A stretch of DNA of 64,000 nucleotides, taken from the NCBI GenBank assembly GCA_023389095.1, contig JAEWFB010000486.1, positions 312-64,311 on the forward strand. Direction: 5' to 3'. Origin of the DNA: Actinomycetes bacterium (GTDB lineage Bacteria > Actinomycetota > Actinomycetes > Actinomycetales > Dermatophilaceae). Under the pieces are notes generated by a model that worked only from the letters and a program-made list of their open reading frames with translations, searched no databases and had not been told where the DNA came from. A program made the position numbers and the translations under genes. Positions 38,503 to 47,685 of this stretch are shown here, piece by piece (position 1 is the first letter of the stretch; every line of letters starts with the position of its first letter).

Positions 38503-38569
38503 AGCTCGATAGACTAGCGTTGTCGAATGTTCCAAAAGAATGGATCAATCAACGAGGGGGAGTTCTGAC

Positions 38570-39139
38570 ATGGCCGAGGTGCTGCTGTACCACCACATCC
38601 AGGGCCTGACCGACGGCGTCCGGGCCTTCGCCGACGAGCTGCGACGGGACGGCCACACGGTGCACGTGCCCGACCTGTTCGACGGACGCACCTTCGACAG
38701 CATCGAGGACGGTTTCGGGTTCGCGAAGGTCACGGGACTCGACGCGATCCGCGCGCGCGGCGCGGCTGCGGCCGACGAGCTCGGCCCCGGGCTGGTCTAT
38801 GCCGGGTTCTCCTTCGGCGTGACGATCGCCCAGCAGCTGGCCCAGACCCGTCCAGGTGCTCGCGGGGCGCTGCTCATGTACTCCTGCCTGCCGGTCGCGG
38901 AGTTCGGGGAGGCATGGCCGGAGCAGGTGCCGGTGCAGATCCACGGCAAGGAGGGGGACGAGTTCTTCGACGAGGACCTGCCGGCCGCGCGCGAGCTCGC
39001 CGCCTCCACCGCCACGGCCGAGCTGTTCGTGTATCCCGGCGACGAGCACCTCTTCGCCGACTCCTCGCTCGCCGCGTACGACCCGGAGGCAGCTGCCCTG
39101 CTCCTGGAGCGGGTGCGGTCGTTTCTGGCCTCGATCTGA
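38570..39139 (+). CDS. Dienelactone hydrolase family protein
   Basis: HHIQGLT, PDLF, GFSFG (nucleophile elbow), D.FF and YPGDEHLF motifs. Confidence 0.85.
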   Translation: MAEVLLYHHIQGLTDGVRAFADELRRDGHTVHVPDLFDGRTFDSIEDGFGFAKVTGLDAIRARGAAAADELGPGLVYAGFSFGVTIAQQLAQTRPGARGALLMYSCLPVAEFGEAWPEQVPVQIHGKEGDEFFDEDLPAARELAASTATAELFVYPGDEHLFADSSLAAYDPEAAALLLERVRSFLASI

Positions 39140-39142
39140 GCC

Positions 39143-39175
39143 CGGGCCCCGGCACCAGGTGGCTGCCGGGGCCCG
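39143..39175. terminator. Hairpin between convergent genes
   Basis: CGGGCCCCGGCA...TGCCGGGGCCCG stem. Confidence 0.7.
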
Positions 39176-39185
39176 AGCCACGGTC

Positions 39186-40871
39186 TCAGGGCGTCCGCGC
39201 CCTGACCGAGGGGAGCGCCCTGGTGCCCTCGAGCGTGACCGCCTGCAGGGCCTCGGGTGTCAGACCGAGCAGGGCGAGGATGGTCGGCGCCACCTGGGTG
39301 GTCTCGACCGGTGCCGCGATGCTGCGACCGGAGCCGGTGAGGGTGGCGGGTGCGACGAGGATCGGCACGTTGCGGTCCTGCCAGTCGGCGCCACCGTGCT
39401 CGGCGATCTTCTTGGTGCCGCCGGTGTAGACGACGCCGTGCCGGGCGATGCCGACGACGTCGGGGTGGCGCGGGTCGGACTGCGGCACACCGAAGTACGC
39501 AGCTGCGCCCTCGCCCGCGTAGACCGCCGTCAGGCCGCTGGAGGGCAGCGTGCGCGTGCCCGAGGGCAGGATGGTCCCGCTCGCCGAGTGCGACAGCAGG
39601 TAGTGCCGCACGAACGCGGTCGCCGCGGCGCTGCGGTCGGACGTCCAGATCAGCATGCCGTCGTCGTCGGATGCAGCCGCCACGAGGGGTGCCGACCCCG
39701 GGTGGCTCGCGGCCCAACCGGCGTCGATGGCATCGATGATCGGGCCGTCGTCGACCCGGGTCAGGGTGGCCGGGTCGGTGGGCGACTGGCCGTGCTTGGC
39801 CGTCAGGATGATCGAGGTCGAGCCCGCCAGGCCGTCGGCCGCCAGCCGTGACTCGAACGCCCCGACGGAGGCGTCGACGAAGTCGAGGGATGCCGACAGC
39901 AGGGGCCCGGGGTCACGACCCCCGGGCAGGTAGCCGCCGGCGGCACCGTCGGACGACGGCAGCTTCTGGGCGGTCGAGACGGACTGGAAGTTCAGGCCGA
40001 AGATGGCCGGGGTGCCGACCGGTCGTGTGCCCGGGTGGTCCTTGCCGTCGATCTCGTTGAGCACCGCCTGGACCTTGTACGCGTCGTACCGGCGGGTCTT
40101 CGCGTTGTCGGTGGTCCAGTCGCCACCGCCGGGTGCGTCGGAGTTGATCTCCGGGGTGAACAGGTCGTCGACGCCGGTACCGGACGGCCCGTTGGCGAGG
40201 TCGTACGCCGAGTGCTTGTCCGACCACGCCGTGTGCAGGCCCGCCGCCTTGGCGACCTCGAAGATCGTGTTCACCTCGAGGTAGGAGTGGGGGTAGACCG
40301 GTCGGCACGTCGTCGGATCGACGGGCATGCTCGCCGGGTTGAGCAGTGTCGCAGGGGTGCCCGTCATGGACAGGATGGAGTCGGGCAGCCCGGTGAGGCC
40401 CTGCCCGGCATCGAGCGCGGACGGGTCCTCGTCGAGCGTCTCGTCGTAGGCGACGCCCGTGCCGGGAGCGGTGTGGGCGCAGTCGGTGGTGCCGGGCGCC
40501 AAGAGGGCGTGGTTGTAGCTGACGTCGTAGTAGATGCCGGTCGAGCGGGGGTTGCCGCCGGTGACCAGGGCGCTCAGGCCCGGGAAGGAGTCGGACGGGA
40601 AGGGCGTCTGGGCACGGGTGAAGTCGGTGCCGGACCGGGCCAGCCGGGCGAGCGCTGACGTCGGGTGGTGCTGGACGTACCGGCTGAGGTCGCTCTGGTG
40701 CAGGCCGTCGACCGAGATGAGCAGGACGTGCCTCGTGGCGGAGTGGCCGGAGTGGGTGGACCGGGTCGCCTCACCGGCGTGCGCGGCTTGGGCTGGGTTG
40801 GCCGTGACCACGGCGGCAACCGCGAGCGCGGTTGCGCCACAGGCGGCGACGTACTTGACGGGCAGATGCAT
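39186..40871 (-). CDS. Secreted alkaline-phosphatase superfamily protein (nucleotide pyrophosphatase/phosphodiesterase-like)
   Basis: Signal peptide ending AQA. HVLLISVDGLH, PSDSFPG, TAKHGQ and AEHGG motifs. Confidence 0.82.
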   Translation of the reverse strand: MHLPVKYVAACGATALAVAAVVTANPAQAAHAGEATRSTHSGHSATRHVLLISVDGLHQSDLSRYVQHHPTSALARLARSGTDFTRAQTPFPSDSFPGLSALVTGGNPRSTGIYYDVSYNHALLAPGTTDCAHTAPGTGVAYDETLDEDPSALDAGQGLTGLPDSILSMTGTPATLLNPASMPVDPTTCRPVYPHSYLEVNTIFEVAKAAGLHTAWSDKHSAYDLANGPSGTGVDDLFTPEINSDAPGGGDWTTDNAKTRRYDAYKVQAVLNEIDGKDHPGTRPVGTPAIFGLNFQSVSTAQKLPSSDGAAGGYLPGGRDPGPLLSASLDFVDASVGAFESRLAADGLAGSTSIILTAKHGQSPTDPATLTRVDDGPIIDAIDAGWAASHPGSAPLVAAASDDDGMLIWTSDRSAAATAFVRHYLLSHSASGTILPSGTRTLPSSGLTAVYAGEGAAAYFGVPQSDPRHPDVVGIARHGVVYTGGTKKIAEHGGADWQDRNVPILVAPATLTGSGRSIAAPVETTQVAPTILALLGLTPEALQAVTLEGTRALPSVRARTP

Positions 40872-41150
40872 GAGACACCTTCCGAGCAGGGACGGCTGCG
40901 TCAGGAGCAGCACGTTCGGACAGGTACAAGTGGTCTCAGCCCAGGCTGGGGCGTACCTGCGACCTCGGCCAACCCGTGATGACGTTTGGTGGGCGAGTCG
41001 GTGACATCCGGGCGACGGGACTGCAGCTCACACGTGCCGAGCCGATCGTCGAGTTCATCTTCATGCAGACGACACGCGCCTTGCGGCGTCGCGGGCCGCC
41101 GATGTGGCTACTGTGCACTGACTTCATGCAACTCACAGGGGAGGCTGCAG

Positions 41151-43892
41151 GTGCTCAGATGGCGGTGGATCGTCCGGGACTGGCGACGTGTGGCCGCCAG
41201 CGGCCTGTCCATCCTGCTCGCCGTCACCGCGTTCGTCGTGCTGACCGGCTCCGCGCAGCAGTCCCGACTGGACGTGGCCAGGACCGTGGACGCGAACTTC
41301 CGGTCCTCCTACGACATCCTCGTGCGCCCCAAGGGGTCCGCTGCCGGAATCGAGAAGGCGACGAGTCGGGTGCGGCCCAACTACCTGTCCGGGTTGCAGG
41401 GTGGCATCACCATCGAGCAGGCGGATGCCGTGGCGCGCACGGGTGGCGTCGAGGTCTCGGCCCCGATCGCGATGGTCGGCCAGGTGTTCCAGAGCGTCGA
41501 CGTGCCGGTCGACGTCACGGACCTGGTGGGGGACTCGGGTCCCGTCCTGCTGCGCTTCGCAGCCACGGAGAAGTCCATGCGCGGTCTGGCCTCCACGGCC
41601 GGGCCCGAGGGGTACATGTACGTCAGCTCCGGCGTGAGCCTCGACCTCAGCGGTGAGGACACGCCGGTCGTCGAGCAGCCGCCCGGCGGCAAGGCCGTGC
41701 CGGTCTGCCAGGACGGCAGCCGATCGCAGCGCGAGGCAAGGCCCTTCGACGGGAAGGGACGCTGGGCGGCCCAGTGCTGGGACCGGGTGTCGGGCAGCGC
41801 CGGCACGCGATGGCCACAGGGAGACGGTCGGTTCGTCGTCCGGATCCGGTTCTCCTTCCCGGTCACGGTTGCCGCCATCGATCCCGTTGCCGAGGCACGG
41901 CTGACCGGCCTCGACAAGGCCGTGGTCACCGGGCGGTACCTGACCGCCGAGGATCGGGCGACCACGGGCGGCGCGCAGGTGCAGGTTCCCGTCATCACCT
42001 CTTCGCGGACGCTCGTGGACCAGATCGACACCGTCCGGGTGGAGCGGTTGGCTCCGAGCGCGGTCACGGCCCTGAGGCGCGGGTTGTCCTGGGATGACGC
42101 CAGGGCCATGGTCCTGCGCGCTCCGGCAGTCTCGCAACGGGTCACCTCCATCACGGCTCAACAGGCACACGAGGTGTGGCTGTCGGGGGAGAAAGGTGGG
42201 CTCGGGCCGGCCACCATCTCCCCGTCCTCGCTGACCCTCGCCTCCTCGGTCTCCTACGACCAGGGGCCCGCTGGAGTCCTGTCGCCTCGCACGGTGACCA
42301 ACCCCGCGGCCGTCTGGAGCGCCTTCGTCTACACGAACCTCCCGTTCGCGCCGGTGCCGATGGCCGCCGCCGACACCGGATACCGCGCCATCGCCTCGGC
42401 GACGGGAAACAGCAGGTTCTTCAGCGAGCTCCCGTCCCTGCAGGGCTACGGAACCTTCGACCCGACCAGGCTGACGTCCTTCTCGTCCCTGTCGCAGGTG
42501 CCGCTGGAGACCTACCAGTCTCCGGAGGTGACCGGCGCGGATGCAGCAAGCACCACGGCGCTGCGAGGGAGGGCGCTGGCGCCGGACGCCAACCCCGCTG
42601 GGTACGTGCAGAACCCGCCGCTCGTGCTGACGACGATCAAGGCGCTGCCTGCCCTGGTCCGGACGAGCGCGTTCACCTGGCCGGCCGACAGCGTGGTCCC
42701 GTCGGCGCCGATCAGTGCCATCCGGGTCCGAGTCGCGGGCGTGACCGGAGCCGACGCGGTCAGCCGGGAGCGCATCCGCCTGGTCGCCGAGCGCATCGCG
42801 ACCGCCACAGGTCTCGATGTCGACATCACCGTGGGTTCCTCGCCCCGGCCCACCACCGTCGTCCTTCCGGCCACAGCGCACGGCGCCCCGCAGCTGACGG
42901 TGACGGAGAACTGGGTGCAGAAGGGCGTGTCCGCGGCCATCGCCACAGCCATCGACCAGAAGAGCCTGGCCCTCTTCATCCTGATCCTGGTGACGACCGC
43001 TCTCGCCGTCTCCATCTCCGCCAACGCCTCGGTTCGTGCGCGGCGTGCGGAGCTCGGCATGTTGTCCTGCGTCGGCTGGCGCCCGCGCGCGCTCACCTGG
43101 CACGTCCTCGGGGAGCTGGTCCTCGTCGGCGCGCTGGCCGGGTCGCTCGGGGCCCTTCTCGCTCTCCCGGCCGGCACCGTCTTCGGCGTCCCCGTCCCGG
43201 CATCGCGGGCCCTGCTGGCCGTACCCGCCGCGATCCTGCTGGCGTTCGTCGCCGGCCTCGTGCCTGCCGTGCGCGCCGCACGCGCCACCCCCGCCGACGC
43301 GATCCGACCCGCCGTGACGTCCGCCGGCCGACTCCGGGTCCGGTTGCGCGGGCCGCTGTCAATGGCCCTGAACTACGTGCTGCGCACCCCTGCTCGCGCG
43401 CTGACGGCTGCCGCCGCGCTCGCCTCCGGCGTCGCGGCCCTGACGGCGCTGTCCGGCATCGCGGTCGCGTTCAGGGGAGAGGTGGTGGGCACGCTCCTGG
43501 GCGACGCCGTCTCCGTCCAGGTCCGCGGGGCCGACATCGTCGCGGCAGCGGTCGTCACTCTCATCGGCCTCGGAAGCCTCCTGGACATCCTTTACCTCGA
43601 CCTGCGCGAACAGGCCGCCCGCTACGCGTCGTTGCAGGCCTCGGGGTGGCGCGATGCCACGCTCACCCTGCTGGTCACCGGGCAGGCGTTCCTGGTCGGG
43701 GCCGCCGGCTCGCTCGCAGGTGTCTGCCTCGGGCTCGGTGTCGTGGCCTTCCTGGCGCCGGTGACCGCCGCAGTCCTCGGCGTCGCCGGGGCCGTCCTCG
43801 GTGGTGGCGTCCTCGCGACCTGCCTCCTGGCCCAGCTTCCCGCCCGTCGGCTCCGTCTCCTTCCCACCGCGCAGCTGCTCTCCGAGGAGTGA
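41151..43892 (+). CDS. Large FtsX/MacB-type ABC permease
   Basis: N-terminal TM, YDILVRP, a large extracytoplasmic domain, and two FtsX repeats (RRAELGML..VGW; YASLQASGW). GTG 41151 with GGAGG RBS. Confidence 0.82.
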   Translation: MLRWRWIVRDWRRVAASGLSILLAVTAFVVLTGSAQQSRLDVARTVDANFRSSYDILVRPKGSAAGIEKATSRVRPNYLSGLQGGITIEQADAVARTGGVEVSAPIAMVGQVFQSVDVPVDVTDLVGDSGPVLLRFAATEKSMRGLASTAGPEGYMYVSSGVSLDLSGEDTPVVEQPPGGKAVPVCQDGSRSQREARPFDGKGRWAAQCWDRVSGSAGTRWPQGDGRFVVRIRFSFPVTVAAIDPVAEARLTGLDKAVVTGRYLTAEDRATTGGAQVQVPVITSSRTLVDQIDTVRVERLAPSAVTALRRGLSWDDARAMVLRAPAVSQRVTSITAQQAHEVWLSGEKGGLGPATISPSSLTLASSVSYDQGPAGVLSPRTVTNPAAVWSAFVYTNLPFAPVPMAAADTGYRAIASATGNSRFFSELPSLQGYGTFDPTRLTSFSSLSQVPLETYQSPEVTGADAASTTALRGRALAPDANPAGYVQNPPLVLTTIKALPALVRTSAFTWPADSVVPSAPISAIRVRVAGVTGADAVSRERIRLVAERIATATGLDVDITVGSSPRPTTVVLPATAHGAPQLTVTENWVQKGVSAAIATAIDQKSLALFILILVTTALAVSISANASVRARRAELGMLSCVGWRPRALTWHVLGELVLVGALAGSLGALLALPAGTVFGVPVPASRALLAVPAAILLAFVAGLVPAVRAARATPADAIRPAVTSAGRLRVRLRGPLSMALNYVLRTPARALTAAAALASGVAALTALSGIAVAFRGEVVGTLLGDAVSVQVRGADIVAAAVVTLIGLGSLLDILYLDLREQAARYASLQASGWRDATLTLLVTGQAFLVGAAGSLAGVCLGLGVVAFLAPVTAAVLGVAGAVLGGGVLATCLLAQLPARRLRLLPTAQLLSEE

Positions 43893-43899
43893 TCACCCC

Positions 43900-44615
43900 A
43901 TGACGCTCGACTCAGCATCGACGCCCGTCGCCCCGAACCGCGTGGGAGTGACGGTCACGCTGGAGAACATCAGCAAGACGTACCGTCTCGGCGACGGAAG
44001 CAGCCTCACGGCCGCCGACGACGTCACCCTCGAGCTGTCGCCGGGGGCCTTCACGTCGGTGGTGGGCGCGTCCGGTTCGGGAAAGTCCACGCTGCTTCAC
44101 CTGATCGGAGCGATCGACAGGCCGGACAGCGGACGGATCATCGTCGGGGGTCTGGACGTCACCGCCCTCGGACGGCGGGAGCTGGCCGACTTCCGGGCGG
44201 GCGTCGGCTTCATCTTCCAGCAGTTCCACCTCCTGCCTGCGCTGACGGTCACCGACAACGTCCTCGCGCCGCTCGTCGGGCGCAGGTCGTCCTTCGACCG
44301 ACACGAGAGGGCCCGTGAGCTCATCGCGGCCGTGGGACTCAGCGGTCGTGAGGCCGCGCTCCCTCACAGCTGTCCGGTGGCCAGCAGCAGCGCGTCGCCA
44401 TCGCGCGAGCGCTCATCGCCTCACCGGCCCTGATCCTGGCGGACGAACCCACGGGCAACCTGGACTCGTCGACGTCCGACGAGATCACCGAGCTGTTGAC
44501 CTCGCTCCAACGCGAGCGCGGAACGACGCTCGTCATGGCCACCCACGATCTCGACCTCGCGCACACCGCCGACCATGTCGTCCACATCCAGGACGGCCGG
44601 CCGTCGATCACGTGA
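43900..44615 (+). pseudogene. LolD/MacB-type ABC ATP-binding protein with a 1-nt frameshift near 44361-44363
   Basis: GASGSGKST and FQQF are in the first frame. [24 protein letters not shown] and ATHD are in the shifted frame. One extra C in CTCCC restores L-P-S-Q-L-S-G-G. Confidence 0.82.
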
Positions 44616-44715
44616 ACAGGAACCGCGAGTGTGCGCGTCGCTGACGTCGTGAGCGTCCCGGACGCGGGTCCGGCCCGACCCGGCTGAGACCGTGCGTTCG
44701 CCCGATCGCCGGTGG

Positions 44716-45168
44716 TCAGGCCGAGGGGCCCGACGGCCTCTGCTGGCCGGCCAGGTCGAGGAGCCGGTCGCGCAGCCACCGGTGCCCGGCGTCCTGGTCG
44801 GTGCGGGAGGTCCAGGCCATGATCTCGGTGATGGGCTGCAGCCGGGGGATCGGCGGCTCCAGCAGACGGATGCCGGCCGCCTCGCCGATGTGCAGCGCCA
44901 GCCGTTCGTGGACGAGCGTGATGAGACGAGTTCCCCTGAGCAGGAAGGGTGCCAGGCCGAAGCCGGCCGTGATCTCCGTGTTGCGGGGCACGCCCAGGAA
45001 GTCCAGCTGCATCTCGGCCAGGGACCGCCGATGGCCTGAGGAGGTCGCGAGGTAGGGCAGCGTGCTGAACTGCTCGAGGGTGATCTCGTCGCCGACCTCC
45101 GGGTGGTTCTCGTCGACGGCCACGACGTACCGGTCACGGAAGAGCGTCCGGTAGTGGAACTGCCCGAC
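44716..45168 (-). pseudogene. C-terminal fragment of a LysR-type regulator (effector domain only)
   Basis: LFRDRYVVAVDENHP...ITLEQF...P.LLRGT.LI.LVHERLA...W....DQDAGHRWLR. No HTH and no start codon. Confidence 0.8.
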
Positions 45169-46365
45169 GGGGTCGTGCACACCCGCGACTTCCTCGAGCA
45201 CGACGGGCACGAGAACGTGCTGCACGTCATCGACTGCGTCCTCACCAAGCGCGGCGACAGCCTCGCGTTCGACTTCTCCGGCTCCTCGCCGCAGGCCCAC
45301 GGCTTCGTCAACTGCTCCCGTGCCGGGCTCGTCGGCGGCGTCGCCGGCGCGGTCATCCCGACGCTCGGCTTCGGGATCCCCTGGAACGAGGGGATGCTGA
45401 GGCCGGTGTCCATCAAGGCACCCGACGGGTTGGTCTGCACCGCAGTGCCGCCCGCGCCGGTGGGCTCCGCCACCGTCGAGGCCGTGTGGACCGTCAGCAA
45501 CGTCGTCTCCGCCGCCCTCAACCGGCTGCTGCTCGCCTCTCCCGCGTACGCCCACCGCGCCCAGGCGGTCGGGCTGACGGTGTCGGTGCCGCAGGCCGAG
45601 GCGCTCGTCATGACCCACGGCGCGGAGGTGCCCAACTCGGCCGGCCTCGGTGGGGGCCTGCCCGGCGGCCTCGTCCACCAGCGCTTCACGGCCTCCGGGC
45701 GGCCGGTGGCCGAGCTCGGCCCGAAGCCCGGCTCGTTCCCGATCACCCCCGACGACCTCTTCGAGGTCACGTGGCAGGGCGGTGGGGGCCTCGGCGACCC
45801 CCTCGACCGCGATCCCGCCGACGTGCTCGCCGACGTCCGCTACGGCGTCGTCTCCGTCGAGTCGGCCCGTGAGACCTACGGCGTGGTCCTGGCCGAGTCG
45901 GGGGAGGCCGTCGACGCCGCGGCCACCACGGCCGCGCGCCGCGCCGTCCGAGCGGCCCGGCTCGGGGTCTACCTCGATGCCGTCGCAGACCCGGCCCCGG
46001 TGCGAGATGCCTTGCCGGCAGGGACGATCCGCCTCGCCGACCGCATCGTCGCCTCGTACGACGAGGCGGCCGGCTGGGAGGTCCGCACGCTCGACGGCGC
46101 GGCCCTGGCCCGCGGGTCGACCCGCTGGCGCGAGGGGGCCCACCGCTTCGCGCTGACGCTCCCGGCGGCGTCGGGCCGGTCGCTGCACGCGGAGCTCACG
46201 GTCACCGGGTGGGCGTGCCCGCTGACCGGCGCCCTGCTCGGCGTCGACGTCCACCTGCGCGGACAGGGGCCGTTCCACGACCTCGACCTCGGCCCCCTCG
46301 TCCCGCTCCGGACCTCGCCCCCGACTCCGCCCAGGACCTCGACCTCGAAGGAAGGCCTCTCATGA
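45157..46365 (+). pseudogene. Truncated hydantoinase B / acetone-carboxylase alpha-like gene with a C-terminal gamma-subunit-like tail
   Basis: LPDG...D..EHDG...DFSGSSPQ..GFVN...NEG..RP...APDG...PAP, then GGGGLGDPLDRDP..V..DV..G.VS...A..TYGVV. The N-terminal part and a central segment near 45570 are missing. Confidence 0.8.
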
Positions 46366-47264
46366 CCCGCAAGGTGATCCTCACCGTCGCCCCGACCGGC
46401 GGCATGGCGACGAAGGCGCAGTCTCCACACCTGCCGGTCACCCCGCAGGAGATCGCCGACGACGTCGCCCGGTGCTGGGAGGCCGGCGCCGGCGTCGTCG
46501 CCGTGCACGCGCGACGGGCGGACGGGCTCGCCACGTGCGACCCCGAGGTCTACTCGCAGATCAACGCGCTCATCCGCGAGCGCACCGACATCGTCATCAA
46601 CAACTCGACCGGGGGAGGCATCCACGGCGACCTGCCGGTCCGCCTCAACGACGACCTGTGGGAGCTCGACTGGAACGAGCGCATCAAGGGCATCGAAGGC
46701 GTCGGCTGCGAGATGGCCACCCTCGACTCGCACACGATCACCGCCACCTTCGAGGGCCGCGAGCACCTCGTGACGACGACGCCCGCACGGTCGCGGTGGC
46801 TCGTCGAGCAGATGGCGCAGCGGGGCATCAAGCCGGAGTGGGAGGTGTTCGACCTGGGCCACATCCTGTCCGACTTCACGACCCTGACCGCGGAGGGGCT
46901 CGACACCGCTCCCTACTACTGCAACATCGTGCTGGGCGGGCAGCGCGCGTTCCAGGGCGGCCTGCCCTACACCCCGAAGATCCTCCAGCTGCTCGTCGAG
47001 CACCTGCCCGAAGGAACCATCTGGGGCGTCTCGGGCATCGGGCCCACCCAGCTGCCGGCGACCACGCACGGGCTGCTGCTCGGCGGGCACATGCGCGTCG
47101 GGTTGGAGGACAACCTCTACTACTCGAAGGGTCGGCTCGCGACCAACCTCGAGCTGGTCGAGCGGGCGGTCCGGATCATCACCGAGCTCGGGTACGAGCT
47201 GGCGACCCCGAGCGAGGCCCGGAGCATGCTGGGGCTGAAGCAGCTCGAGCCGGTGACCGCGTGA
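46362..47264 (+). CDS. Beta-keto acid cleavage enzyme (BKACE/DUF849, Kce family)
   Basis: [34 protein letters not shown] and RVGLEDN motifs. ATGA overlap. Confidence 0.9.
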   Translation: MTRKVILTVAPTGGMATKAQSPHLPVTPQEIADDVARCWEAGAGVVAVHARRADGLATCDPEVYSQINALIRERTDIVINNSTGGGIHGDLPVRLNDDLWELDWNERIKGIEGVGCEMATLDSHTITATFEGREHLVTTTPARSRWLVEQMAQRGIKPEWEVFDLGHILSDFTTLTAEGLDTAPYYCNIVLGGQRAFQGGLPYTPKILQLLVEHLPEGTIWGVSGIGPTQLPATTHGLLLGGHMRVGLEDNLYYSKGRLATNLELVERAVRIITELGYELATPSEARSMLGLKQLEPVTA

Positions 47265-47665
47265 GTGCGCACCGGGCCGGTGGCGTCGTCCGCTTCTCCG
47301 AGACAGACGCGTCCGGCCGGTTCCACTACACCCACGCCCTGACGTGGGCCGAGAACGCCGAGCACGAGCTGTACCGGGCGGCAGGCCTCCCCGTGGAATC
47401 GTTCCCGAGGCGTGCCGTGAGCGCGACCTTCGAGCGCCCGCTCCGACACGGTGACGCCTACGTGGTGGAGCTCGCCGTGGCGAAGGTGGGCACGTCGTCG
47501 ATCACGTGGACGTGGCGGGTGCTGCACGAAGGGCAGCCGGCCGTGACCGGCACGCACACGGTCGTGCACGTGGACGCGGCCGGTCGCCCGGCTCCCGTAC
47601 CGGAGCGACTGTGGGCACATCTTCCCGAATACGATTTCTCGGCTTTAGGCTTCGGTCGGAAGTAG
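47261..47665 (+). CDS. Hotdog-fold acyl-CoA thioesterase
   Basis: [12 protein letters not shown]......E.AE, F.RPL..GD, VGTSS and V.VD..GRP.PVP motifs. GTGA overlap. Confidence 0.82.
   Translation: MSAHRAGGVVRFSETDASGRFHYTHALTWAENAEHELYRAAGLPVESFPRRAVSATFERPLRHGDAYVVELAVAKVGTSSITWTWRVLHEGQPAVTGTHTVVHVDAAGRPAPVPERLWAHLPEYDFSALGFGRK
47626..47651. promoter_or_regulatory. Operator-like site (reverse CGAGAAATCGTATTCG) and TAGGCT -10 for the LacI gene
   Basis: Matches the GAGAAATCG half of the sites at 48773, 52483 and 52512. Confidence 0.55.
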
Positions 47666-47685
47666 CGCCGAGCTCGGGAGGCCTT

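Noticed and set aside
41055..41135. CTTCATGCA repeated twice upstream of the FtsX permease
   Set aside because: Two 9-mers 63 bp apart could be chance, and there is no adjacent regulator to link them to.
44355..44375. Programmed ribosomal frameshift in the ABC ATPase
   Set aside because: No slippery heptamer or stimulatory structure. A simple indel explains it.
44716..46278. 520-aa minus-strand ORF as an intact gene
   Set aside because: Only the last ~150 aa are LysR-like. The rest is the antisense of the hydantoinase-B fragment.
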